Below, in pieces: positions 56,487 through 64,000 of a stretch of 64,000 nt of DNA (position 1 is its first letter; the number at the start of each line of letters is the position of its first letter). The position numbers and the translations under genes were made by a program. Below the pieces are notes generated by a model, which did no database searches, was not told the origin of the DNA, and saw only the letters and a list, made by a program, of their open reading frames with translations. The stretch is from the IMG/VR virus record IMGVR_UViG_3300047553_000733, positions 38,185-102,184 of that record. One strand, written 5' to 3'. The stretch comes from a virus.

Positions 56487-57665
56487 TTATTGCTGTGGTC
56501 TCCCACCTTGCGATGGATCAGCAGCGCTACCAGCAATATTGGCTGGTATTCTTAAATCGTCATGACCATCAATTGCATCATAACGTAACTCTTTTCTGGC
56601 TTCGTTTGGAGTGATAACGCCACCATTAACTAGCGAAGCATGGTACTGCGCTATGTCTTTAAGTTCTGGCTGTAATGCACTAACATTGCTTGTAATTGGT
56701 TCCACATCATATCCGAAGTATCGTTCGATACTAGACACGTACTTGCGTACAGCTGGAATAATTGTTTCCAAGTAAAATAAACGCAAATTAGGGGAAATGT
56801 TAGCATTGTTACCACCCATTAATAGAATAGGCGGTACGCCCACTGCAGTCATAATCTTTTCGCTATGGGTTTTAATCGACTGATCAAAATCCATTTCTTT
56901 AAAGCTTGCGTCAGTAATATTGTGAGGTTTTAAGCCACTATCCAAAATAATTGGACGCTTACCACCATTTTTAGTTGAATATTTTTGTAGCCAGTAGTTG
57001 ATTGTTTTTTCTTTTGCTATTTGTGATAGAGTGTTGTCCGATGTTAACACTAAACCAAATACAGCACCGTTATCAAAGAATTGCTCTTGAAACTGCTGCA
57101 TGCTGTATAAAATTTTTACGCTGCGCTCGGCTGCTTCCAGGCGCGAAGCTCCGCGATAGATACTCTCGCTGCTAGTATCACGGAAGTAAAATACTTCAGA
57201 TTCTTTAAAGTCTACTATACCATTGTACTTAAAACCTTTGATAAAAGTTTTAGTATCGGTAATAATTTCTACGCTTTCTGCTGGTAAGTGGTACAGGAAT
57301 GTACCGTCAAAATGCACAAATGCATTGCCTTCCAACAACAAGTCAGTAAAAATGCACTGACGAAATTCCAGTGCACTTTGATAAGGATTAGGGCGAAAGT
57401 TAAGTAGAGTGTTTAAGGTTTTTTGACGTAAACCACCAACTACTCCATCGTGTACCTTATCCTTGATATCGTAGTCTAGCGAAGCAGCTGCGTTTACAAC
57501 CATGCTGACACTACGATTTACAGATTCTAATTTTTTAAATGCCTGACGATAAGTAATCAACTTGGCTTCGCTGCCTAAGTTACTACCCTCGCCTTGTGCA
57601 ATACGTTCTTGTGCTGGATTCAATTTCTCGACCAGCCAATGACGCATATTTGTTACCATGCCCAT
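56487..57665 (-). CDS. portal protein (HK97 family, T5 pb7-like)
   Basis: EKLNPAQ, LLNFRPNPYQ, LLEGNAF, FFDNGA, GVPPILL, ITPNEAR. Confidence 0.95.
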   Translation of the reverse strand: MGMVTNMRHWLVEKLNPAQERIAQGEGSNLGSEAKLITYRQAFKKLESVNRSVSMVVNAAASLDYDIKDKVHDGVVGGLRQKTLNTLLNFRPNPYQSALEFRQCIFTDLLLEGNAFVHFDGTFLYHLPAESVEIITDTKTFIKGFKYNGIVDFKESEVFYFRDTSSESIYRGASRLEAAERSVKILYSMQQFQEQFFDNGAVFGLVLTSDNTLSQIAKEKTINYWLQKYSTKNGGKRPIILDSGLKPHNITDASFKEMDFDQSIKTHSEKIMTAVGVPPILLMGGNNANISPNLRLFYLETIIPAVRKYVSSIERYFGYDVEPITSNVSALQPELKDIAQYHASLVNGGVITPNEARKELRYDAIDGHDDLRIPANIAGSAADPSQGGRPQQ

Positions 57666-57675
57666 GTGCTACCCC

Positions 57676-58104
57676 TTAGCAAAATTCGCTGAAGTGGCTG
57701 CCATAGCTTGGGGTTTTGATTACTTCACCACTAACGTGTTTTTCGCGCTGTAGTTGGATCCAGCGAGCCTGCTTTGGTTCGCTACCAGGTTGCGGCGTTT
57801 TACCGTAAACTCCGTGTAGTTGTACATGATGCCGGTTGCATAGGGTATACACCTGATCATATATTTCCACGCGATGTTGTTCAATAAACTCATCACGAAC
57901 AGCTAAAATACCCTCGTCAGTGCTAATGTCATAGCCTTGAGCCTGTGCCCACCGTTCCAGCAGTACAGTTATTGAATGTAGGTGATGCAGTTCTAAATCT
58001 TGTTGGCTGCCACAAATAAAACAAGTTGTTTGTTTTTCATAGGCCGATTTAGCCCTATCACGCACCCACTTTACAGGTATGCGTTTATTTGTATTTTTTG
58101 CCAC
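57676..58104 (-). CDS. HNH nicking endonuclease (T5-like, between terminase and portal)
   Basis: CFICG...LELHH, TLCNRHH..LH..YG. Confidence 0.88.
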   Translation of the reverse strand: MAKNTNKRIPVKWVRDRAKSAYEKQTTCFICGSQQDLELHHLHSITVLLERWAQAQGYDISTDEGILAVRDEFIEQHRVEIYDQVYTLCNRHHVQLHGVYGKTPQPGSEPKQARWIQLQREKHVSGEVIKTPSYGSHFSEFC

Positions 58105-58136
58105 AGCTGCCCTTACCTACATAAACGGATACATGT

Positions 58137-58165
58137 ATTATACACCAACAGCACTACTATGTCAA
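58137..58165 (-). promoter_or_regulatory. sigma70 consensus promoter for the head operon
   Basis: TTGACA-17-TATAAT. Confidence 0.88.
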
Positions 58166-58183
58166 TACTAATTTTTGTGGTAC

Positions 58184-59485
58184 CTATACAACATAGGTGT
58201 AAAGGGCGTATCGCAACGCATCAGCCATGTGCGAATAATCGTCGTGTTTTGGTCGTTCACGCTGCAGACCTTCACGATCATCCCAGCGATACTGGTCCAA
58301 CATAGCTAGCACATGCTTGCAGTCACTGTGTATAACTAGTCTGCCTTGCTGGATTAACGTTTGCAGGTAGGCAATACCGGGCAGCACATCTTTTTTAGCT
58401 TTTGTTGTTGCTAAATCATACTGGTAGGCAAGGTCGCTTGAAAACTGTGCGGCTGCCGAGTCAATAAATATGGTCTCTACACCCCACTCTTGACACATCG
58501 CCTGAAAATCTTTGGCGTGCTCGGCGGTGGTCCGCTCCGACTCCTGATAGTCACGAACAACGTAGAACTTGTCACTCTCAAAGTGGTAGCCAACTACCAC
58601 AAAAGCAGTATGATCGCGATATCCAGGGTCACAACCAGCAATAAACTCGCAACGACGATGCTCCAACACATCACTGGGTAGCTCCTCAACGACATTATCC
58701 TCGCGCAGTTCGTAGATTTGACCAGCATAGCTGGTAAAGCTAGCCAAGTACTCTTGCTCAAACTCTGCTTTTGACATACTGCGGCGCGCTTCCTGCACGT
58801 CCGACTCGGCCATCCTGGTATTTTCACTGTAGTCCGCCTGTAGCGATACCCACTCCGGAAACGCTTCGTCAAAGCCGCGATTCCAAAATTGACTAAACCA
58901 GTTCAACTTACCGCGAGGTGTACTAATAAAGATAGCTTTTGCAGTGGGCTTGTCCAGGGTAGGACGTAGTGCTACATTGAAAGCAGCCTCGCCTCCCTCT
59001 CCAAGAGCGGCCTCGTCGAATATGATGAGATCATAGCTGCGTCCAACAGTACTGTCAACGGTACTGAGCGAACCCATGCGTATAGTGCTGCCGTTAGATA
59101 ATTCAATAATCTTGTCTTTAAGGTTGTCACGCGTAACTTCCAAGTCAAAGTGTTTTATTAACCGTCTTTGCAGTTCAAATGAAATTGAACTCAAGTTGTA
59201 GTTTGGCGAAATGATAAGCACATTCGAGTTGGGTACAAGTGTTACTAGTTGACCAATCACGTTAGCAATGTAAGTTTTGCCTAGGCGACGGGCAAGTGCG
59301 GCGCAAATAAAACGGTACTTGGGGTCATTAACTGCATTGATTAAGGCAATTTGCGGACGATTAATGGTGTCGTAAATGCCTAAGAGTTTTAAGTAGTTGT
59401 CGATCGGCAGTTTGATAAATCGTTTGTCACTGGGAAAGTCTACTATGTGGTCGCGCTCAACATCCGGTCTTGAAATGGTTAACAT
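58184..59485 (-). CDS. terL: terminase large subunit
   Basis: Walker A ARRLGKT, Walker B IIFDEAA, ISTPRG, FEQEYLASF, GCDPG, HMADALRY. Confidence 0.97.
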   Translation of the reverse strand: MLTISRPDVERDHIVDFPSDKRFIKLPIDNYLKLLGIYDTINRPQIALINAVNDPKYRFICAALARRLGKTYIANVIGQLVTLVPNSNVLIISPNYNLSSISFELQRRLIKHFDLEVTRDNLKDKIIELSNGSTIRMGSLSTVDSTVGRSYDLIIFDEAALGEGGEAAFNVALRPTLDKPTAKAIFISTPRGKLNWFSQFWNRGFDEAFPEWVSLQADYSENTRMAESDVQEARRSMSKAEFEQEYLASFTSYAGQIYELREDNVVEELPSDVLEHRRCEFIAGCDPGYRDHTAFVVVGYHFESDKFYVVRDYQESERTTAEHAKDFQAMCQEWGVETIFIDSAAAQFSSDLAYQYDLATTKAKKDVLPGIAYLQTLIQQGRLVIHSDCKHVLAMLDQYRWDDREGLQRERPKHDDYSHMADALRYALYTYVV

Positions 59486-59961
59486 TAAATACCTTCACCT
59501 GTCATTAAGCGCTGCACAAGCTGTGCGTACTTGCTACCCTCCAAGCCCTCATTGATCTGCACATTTACCTGCTTTTGTGGTCCCGACACCTGATTACGTG
59601 CTTTTTCCAGTTGAATCTCGCGGTCCAACATGTCCATTGACATTTTGTGTGACATTTGTAGTAGGTCGGCAATGTCCTTGCTGGATCCAACGCCAGACTC
59701 CTCCAGCTCCTGAAACTTTTGCTTGATAAGTGCGTCCATTGCACGACGCATAAGGAATCGGTTGTTGTAGCCCATGTCGTGAAACACCATGTCAATATAC
59801 TGCTTGACCTCACGGCGATCCAGGTAGTTGGTTACCAGTTCAGGGTCAATGTCCAGTTCGTGTGCAACTTTGCGGGCGTCTTGAAGTTGCAAGTATGCAT
59901 TGGCTACCTCAAGTGCCTCAGGGCTGATCTTTAGGGTCTCGGCCGGTAGGTGTGTTGTCAT
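59485..59961 (-). CDS. terS: terminase small subunit (T5-like)
   Basis: ISPEALEVANAYL, EVKQYID.VF.D.GYNNR, SSKDIADLL; TAATG coupling to terL. Confidence 0.88.
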   Translation of the reverse strand: MTTHLPAETLKISPEALEVANAYLQLQDARKVAHELDIDPELVTNYLDRREVKQYIDMVFHDMGYNNRFLMRRAMDALIKQKFQELEESGVGSSKDIADLLQMSHKMSMDMLDREIQLEKARNQVSGPQKQVNVQINEGLEGSKYAQLVQRLMTGEGI

Positions 59962-60208
59962 CTGTATCCTCTACATACTGATAAAATTTTTGTTCTTGGT
60001 AGGTGAGTGTATGTTTGTGGCTGCGTCTGGGATTACCGCAGATAACACACTTTGGATTGCCACAGTCTAGGGCATGGTGCTTGTTGTAGTAATGCTTGCT
60101 TGTGTCCTCTATGCCATGCAGTTTAGCTATTTTTTGTTGTTCTAATTGTTTGCACTGGCTTTTATGTATACGGGAACTATGCTTGGTTTTGTGATCTTGA
60201 GCACTCAT
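59918..60208 (-). CDS. small basic His/Cys protein
   Basis: HALDCGNPKCVICGNPRR; SD AGGAG; first gene after a promoter. Confidence 0.7.
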   Translation of the reverse strand: MSAQDHKTKHSSRIHKSQCKQLEQQKIAKLHGIEDTSKHYYNKHHALDCGNPKCVICGNPRRSHKHTLTYQEQKFYQYVEDTDDNTPTGRDPKDQP

Positions 60209-60231
60209 TTTTTACACTCCTGTTTTGTACG

Positions 60232-60260
60232 ATTATAGCAGTTTGGGTATTTTTTAGCAA
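60232..60260 (-). promoter_or_regulatory. promoter for the terminase operon
   Basis: TTGCTA-17-TATAAT. Confidence 0.78.
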
Positions 60261-60447
60261 GTGCTAATTTTGGCACCTTAGTGGTTTTAGAAAAATCCCA
60301 TACAGGCCGCGTGTGAGGGGGTTGTGTGAGTATTCAACTTTTGATAGTCTTATAACCCCCCTATATTGTACCATATCTTTTTATTTTGTCAAGTAGTTCA
60401 TCATTGATTTTTTCTATTATATTTATGTATGCGATAGAAAAATACTA

Positions 60448-60476
60448 TTGGCAATTGTTATTTGTTGTGCTATACT
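60448..60476 (+). promoter_or_regulatory. pre-early promoter
   Basis: TTGGCA-17-TATACT with TG extension. Confidence 0.75.
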
Positions 60477-60506
60477 AGAGGTTCACTGTTAGGAAAGGAA
60501 ATCGAA

Positions 60507-60830
60507 ATGACTGCAAAGACTGTAAACTATACCCCTGAGCAAACTCTTAGCATGATCGCTGATTATCAGGCTGGCGTTAGCGTTGAGAAAATTGCTAGCG
60601 ATATGGGTAAGACTGTGCGTAGCGTGGTAGCTAAACTCTCACGGGAGAAAGTATATCAGGCTAAGGCTTATGTTAGCAAAACTGGAGAGAAGCCTATTAA
60701 GAAGGATGTTCACGCTGACTTCATTGGCTCTGCCCTAGGCTTGTCTGAGAATGATGTAGATTCTCTGACTAAGGCAAATAAAACTGCACTCGCTAAGATT
60801 GCGGATTTTATCAGGGCTGAGAAATCCTGA
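60507..60830 (+). CDS. A2: T5 A2-like pre-early DNA-binding protein
   Basis: HTH-like EKIASDMGKTVRSVVAKLSREKVY, SLTKANKTAL; SD AAGGA; near a dmp homologue. Confidence 0.75.
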   Translation: MTAKTVNYTPEQTLSMIADYQAGVSVEKIASDMGKTVRSVVAKLSREKVYQAKAYVSKTGEKPIKKDVHADFIGSALGLSENDVDSLTKANKTALAKIADFIRAEKS

Positions 60831-60835
60831 TACAA

Positions 60836-60887
60836 TGTAGGGGCTTATGCCCCTACACTTGACAGGGCTATTGCACTGTGATATAAT
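60836..60887 (+). promoter_or_regulatory. hairpin followed by a consensus promoter
   Basis: TGTAGGGGC-TTAT-GCCCCTACA then TTGACA-17-TATAAT (60859-60887). Confidence 0.85.
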
Positions 60888-60912
60888 ATAGGCATACTTT
60901 AAGGAAATCAAA

Positions 60913-61011
60913 ATGAACAAATATGACATCGAATTTTGGGCTTATATAATTGGCCTTAAAGCAATTCTTATAGGATTGTTCTTTTTGTATGCTTACTATG
61001 TTACAATGTGA
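60913..61011 (+). CDS. 32-aa single-TM peptide (not in ORF track)
   Basis: MNKYDIEFWAYIIGLKAILIGLFFLYAYYVTM; SD AAGGA. Confidence 0.65.
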   Translation: MNKYDIEFWAYIIGLKAILIGLFFLYAYYVTM

Positions 61012-61013
61012 CT

Positions 61014-61346
61014 ATGAACAATCTATATAGCTACATTAAGTATCTTGGGCTAAAGAAGCCAGTTAACCTACGCATTATTACTCGTAAGAATAAATATGCT
61101 GAGGCAGAATATGAACCTGAGTATTCTGACAAAACAGGTAGGCTCAAAGAACATAAGATTACTATTTTCTATAAAGAAATTACTAGGGGTTTAGATACTC
61201 TGATTGCACATGAGCTAATCCATGCATGGCAAGAGGAGAATAAGAAACAAGAAACCCACGGCAAATATTTTAAGAAATATGCCCGTAAAATGGAAAAGGA
61301 CTTTAATCTTACTGAGATTTATATAGAAGGGGTTGACGAAGAATAA
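61014..61346 (+). CDS. SprT-like zinc metalloprotein
   Basis: TLIAHELIHAWQ ... HGKYF. Confidence 0.78.
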   Translation: MNNLYSYIKYLGLKKPVNLRIITRKNKYAEAEYEPEYSDKTGRLKEHKITIFYKEITRGLDTLIAHELIHAWQEENKKQETHGKYFKKYARKMEKDFNLTEIYIEGVDEE

Positions 61347-61354
61347 TCCCCGCA

Positions 61355-61475
61355 CTGTTGCTTTTTTGCAACAGGGCGCCATTTTACTATAGTAAAATGG
61401 GAGGTGTCAATAGGGATAAACCCCTATGTTGTATTTTAGCACAAGCTATTGCATGGTCGGTTTTTTGTGTATAAT
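61355..61475. repeat. intergenic palindromic divergent-promoter module, copy 1
   Basis: hairpin, GGCGCC, 22-bp palindrome CCATTTTACTATAGTAAAATGG, GTGTCAATAGG, CCCCTATGTTGTATTTT, forward TATAAT. Confidence 0.85.
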
Positions 61476-61499
61476 GGACACATAGACAGGAGAACAGAA

Positions 61500-61643
61500 A
61501 TGTGGCTTAGACTTCAAATAGCAATTGCAGTTGCTCGCAAACTGATGCAAGTTACGGGCATGGGTATGCATGATGCTTCCCGAATTGTAGGAAACAGATA
61601 TAATGTAGACTCCGCGCAAGTTTATCGCGCACTAACTCACTGA
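61500..61643 (+). CDS. 47-aa hypothetical protein
   Basis: SD AGGAG, ATG at 61500 just after a promoter. Confidence 0.65.
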   Translation: MWLRLQIAIAVARKLMQVTGMGMHDASRIVGNRYNVDSAQVYRALTH

Positions 61644-61650
61644 GGAAATT

Positions 61651-61911
61651 ATGGAATACACTTTTGTCGAACGCGAAGTTTCTGATTTGCACAAGGATGC
61701 ATATGGATTCCGTCCAAGCTATGACTTTTGGCGTGAATGGGAATTGTCGGATAATGATGGCAAGCAAGCCATTTGGGATGGCATGATTGATTCGCTTGAA
61801 TCTGATGAGGCTGATCCTGGGGATATGGATGGCGATCACGCTAGCGCATTGGCTAGCGCAGGTTGGGGTACTGATGAGGATTATGGATACGATAGCATAG
61901 ACTCATGGTAA
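61651..61911 (+). CDS. small acidic hypothetical protein
   Basis: SDLHKDAYGFRP; DMDGDHASALASAGWGTDEDYG; SD GAGG. Confidence 0.78.
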   Translation: MEYTFVEREVSDLHKDAYGFRPSYDFWREWELSDNDGKQAIWDGMIDSLESDEADPGDMDGDHASALASAGWGTDEDYGYDSIDSW

Positions 61912-61914
61912 CCA

Positions 61915-62059
61915 CAATAACCCCACAATCTGTGGGGTTATTGGCGCCAAAATTATAACATATAATTTTGGCCCGTGTCAATAGGTACTTTCCCCTATGT
62001 TGTATTTTTGCATATTAGGGTTTGTCCTAGGTTGACAGGTTCGCGCATACCGCTATAAT
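61915..62059. repeat. intergenic palindromic divergent-promoter module, copy 2
   Basis: 13-bp hairpin, GGCGCC, GCCAAAATTATA-ACA-TATAATTTTGGC, GTGTCAATAGG, CCCCTATGTTGTATTTT, forward TTGACA-16-TATAAT. Confidence 0.85.
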
Positions 62060-62065
62060 TGAGGC

Positions 62066-62191
62066 ATGAAAACAGAAAACTACACACAAAAACAGATTGC
62101 AGAATTTGCAGAATTTTGCAAGCGTCACGGCTTGACATTTGCAAATATGATCGAGTATAATTCGGCATTGGCTCAATATTTTTCGGAGTAA
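62066..62191 (+). CDS. 41-aa hypothetical protein, probably leaderless (not in ORF track)
   Basis: MKTENYTQKQIAEFAEFCKRHG...; ATG 7 nt after TATAAT. Confidence 0.6.
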   Translation: MKTENYTQKQIAEFAEFCKRHGLTFANMIEYNSALAQYFSE

Positions 62192-62195
62192 TTAC

Positions 62196-62669
62196 ATGAT
62201 TTCAAGGATTGCAATATATGACATGGATGGCACAATCGTTTGTTCTCTGCATCGGTATCGCACAATTGCTGATGCCAATGGTGAGCGTATTGACCTCAAT
62301 TATTGGCGCGAAAATGAATATCGCGCGGGTTCTGATTCTCTGCTACCCCTTGCCGAAAATTACAAGCGAGACTTGGCAGATGCTAGCTGTTTTGTCGTTA
62401 TCGCTACTGCCCGCGTTATGCGTGCCCCTGATTATGCATTTGTTACTGAGAAACTAGGCGATCCTGATTATATTATTTCCCGTCCTGATGGTGAAACTAT
62501 TTCAGGCGGTACATTAAAAATTAATGGTTTGCGTAAGGTTTTCGAGATGTTGCCTAATGTAAATCGTGATAATTGCGTGTTTTACGAAGATAATGTAAGC
62601 TATCTAAAATCAGTTTGCGATTATTTCAATATTCGCGGTGTTTATATTCCAAGCAAACAGGGGCATTAA
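62196..62669 (+). CDS. dmp: deoxynucleoside-5'-monophosphatase (T5 Dmp-like HAD phosphatase)
   Basis: ISRIAIYDMDGTIVCSLHR, DSLLPL, IATARVM...DY, FYEDN. Confidence 0.85.
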   Translation: MISRIAIYDMDGTIVCSLHRYRTIADANGERIDLNYWRENEYRAGSDSLLPLAENYKRDLADASCFVVIATARVMRAPDYAFVTEKLGDPDYIISRPDGETISGGTLKINGLRKVFEMLPNVNRDNCVFYEDNVSYLKSVCDYFNIRGVYIPSKQGH

Positions 62670-62671
62670 TT

Positions 62672-62761
62672 ATGACTGAGGTTATTATGTGGTTTTTGGG
62701 TTTTATTATATTTTTTGCGGTTTACTTTATATTGGAATCGTGGTATATAAGCCGCGACTAA
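62672..62761 (+). CDS. 29-aa single-TM peptide (not in ORF track)
   Basis: MTEVIMWFLGFIIFFAVYFILESWYISRD. Confidence 0.55.
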   Translation: MTEVIMWFLGFIIFFAVYFILESWYISRD

Positions 62762-62777
62762 TGTTTCACGTGAAACA
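62762..62777. promoter_or_regulatory. parS: parS consensus palindrome (ParB/Spo0J binding site)
   Basis: TGTTTCACGTGAAACA, exact match to the widespread chromosomal parS; intergenic. Confidence 0.8.
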
Positions 62778-62783
62778 AGCCCA

Positions 62784-62906
62784 CTGTTGTTTTAAAACAA
62801 CAGGGGCGCCAATTATACTAGTATAATTGGGCGCGTGTCAATAGGTGTTTTCCCCTATGTTGTATTTTTGCACTGGGCTTGTCATGGTCGATTTTTTGTG
62901 TATAAT
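62784..62906. repeat. intergenic palindromic divergent-promoter module, copy 3
   Basis: 20-bp palindrome CTGTTGTTTTAAAACAACAG, GGCGCC, 22-bp palindrome CCAATTATACTAGTATAATTGG, GTGTCAATAGG, CCCCTATGTTGTATTTT, forward TATAAT. Confidence 0.85.
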
Positions 62907-62937
62907 ACAAACTGTTTTCAACTTACGGACTTAATAA

Positions 62938-63636
62938 ATGTCACGCAAACAATATTTTGCCATTCTCGATACTGAAACAACCATTAATGATACTGTTGCA
63001 GATTTTGCAATTGTTATTTGTGATCGCAATGGTAATATTTATAACCAATGCGCGGTTTTGGTTCACGGGCATTATGATGCAATGGAATTATTCCACGATA
63101 AACAATCTAATGACATTTGGGGTTATGCTGGTTTGCAAAAACGCAAAGCGCAATATTCTGCTATGCTAGAATCTGGCGTCCGTATGCTTGCTTCAGTTAA
63201 TGCAATTAATAAATGGATTAATCAAGCCATTGGCAAATATAATCCTACACTTACTGCATATAATCTCGCGTTCGATGTTGCAAAATGTGCCAATACTGGT
63301 ATTGATTTGACTGGTTTTAATAATCGTTTTTGTTTGTGGCAAGCCTCTGTAGGTAATATTTGCAATACTAAAAAGTATCGTCAATTTGCCCTCGATAATC
63401 ACCTATTTAATAATGTGAGCAAGCATGGCAATATGACATTCAAAACCAATGCCGAAACTGTTTGCGGGTTTATTAATAATAATCTTATTGATGAGCCGCA
63501 TACTGCCCTTGAAGATGCGCGAGATTTTGAATTGCCGATTTTGACTAATATTATCAAAAAACGCGATTGGCAATCTAAGATTATGGCTTATGACTGGCAA
63601 AAATTTCAGGTAAAAAATCATTATGTCGCACGTTAA
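62938..63636 (+). CDS. DEDDh (DnaQ-like) 3'-5' exonuclease
   Basis: ExoI ILDTET, ExoII AYNLAFD, ExoIII HTALEDA. Confidence 0.88.
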   Translation: MSRKQYFAILDTETTINDTVADFAIVICDRNGNIYNQCAVLVHGHYDAMELFHDKQSNDIWGYAGLQKRKAQYSAMLESGVRMLASVNAINKWINQAIGKYNPTLTAYNLAFDVAKCANTGIDLTGFNNRFCLWQASVGNICNTKKYRQFALDNHLFNNVSKHGNMTFKTNAETVCGFINNNLIDEPHTALEDARDFELPILTNIIKKRDWQSKIMAYDWQKFQVKNHYVAR

Positions 63637-63763
63637 TATTAATCGGATTATGTGGATTATTCTCTTGCTATTGTTTTTTTACAACGGCAAGAGATATGAT
63701 ATTGACGATCATTATGAAATGCCGTATAATATCCATATTACGGCAGATTTAATTGTTAGGTGA
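63623..63763 (+). CDS. 46-aa single-TM protein (not in ORF track)
   Basis: MSHVNINRIMWIILLLLFFYNGKRY... Confidence 0.5.
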   Translation: MSHVNINRIMWIILLLLFFYNGKRYDIDDHYEMPYNIHITADLIVR

Positions 63764-63768
63764 TTATC

Positions 63769-64000
63769 ATGGAAATGTTAGGTTGGCTGGGTTCTATATT
63801 ATTGGCATTTTGCGGATTACCGCAAGCCATAGAATCCTACAAAACAAAATCCAGCGATGGATTAACTTGGGGTTTTATTGCAATGTGGTTTATTGGCGAA
63901 ATATTTACATTTATTTATATTTTGCCTAAAATGGATTTGCCCCTAATGTTTAATTACACTGCAAATATTATTTTTCTTTCCATTATTATTTATTTTAAAC
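63769..64000 (+). CDS. PQ-loop (SemiSWEET-like) membrane protein, runs off the window
   Basis: MEMLGWLGSILLAFCGLPQAIESYKTKSSDGLTWGF...LMFNYTANI; SD AGGTGA. Confidence 0.78.
   Translation, partial: MEMLGWLGSILLAFCGLPQAIESYKTKSSDGLTWGFIAMWFIGEIFTFIYILPKMDLPLMFNYTANIIFLSIIIYFK

Noticed and set aside
57676-58104. HNH gene as a mobile homing endonuclease
   Set aside because: Its position between terminase and portal matches the conserved T5-type nicking endonuclease.
61355-62906. Repeated palindromic elements as a CRISPR array
   Set aside because: Copies are over 100 bp, degenerate and separated by whole genes; no cas genes are present.
1-64000. tRNA/rRNA genes and alternative genetic code
   Set aside because: No cloverleaf or rRNA-like segments were recognised by eye in the short intergenic gaps, and genes are full length under the standard code. 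tRNAscan was not run.

Overview
The whole window is one stretch of a lytic, T5-like siphophage genome (Demerecviridae-like gene order). The host is Gram-negative, since i/o-spanins are present, and probably aquatic. Layout: (1) 1-4653 (+), end of the replication arm: D13-like SbcC ATPase, D14-like resolvase, D15 flap endonuclease, dUTPase and a class II B12-dependent ribonucleotide reductase, closed by a bidirectional terminator. (2) 4689-60208 (-), late arm read right to left: terminase, HNH nickase, portal, a fused protease-capsid ORF with an internal start, head/tail completion proteins, tail tube, frameshifted chaperones, tape measure, a lambda-like tail tip with a fused NlpC/P60 domain and several fibres. 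These are followed by two very Cys-rich tail-type proteins and a separately promoted enzyme operon (GT9-like glycosyltransferase, carbamoyltransferase, ADP-heptose pathway, heme oxygenase, PcyX-type bilin reductase). The arm ends with spanins, a GH19 endolysin, a cassette of secreted/membrane proteins and phoH. (3) From about 60300 (+), the pre-early/first-step-transfer region: A2 and dmp homologues, repeated palindromic divergent-promoter modules and a perfect parS site. The best candidate for an undescribed system is the 13-22 kb block, a possible heptose/carbamoyl (S-)glycosylation system for Cys-rich virion proteins, co-transcribed with bilin synthesis. All calls come from motif recognition and synteny; no searches were run.
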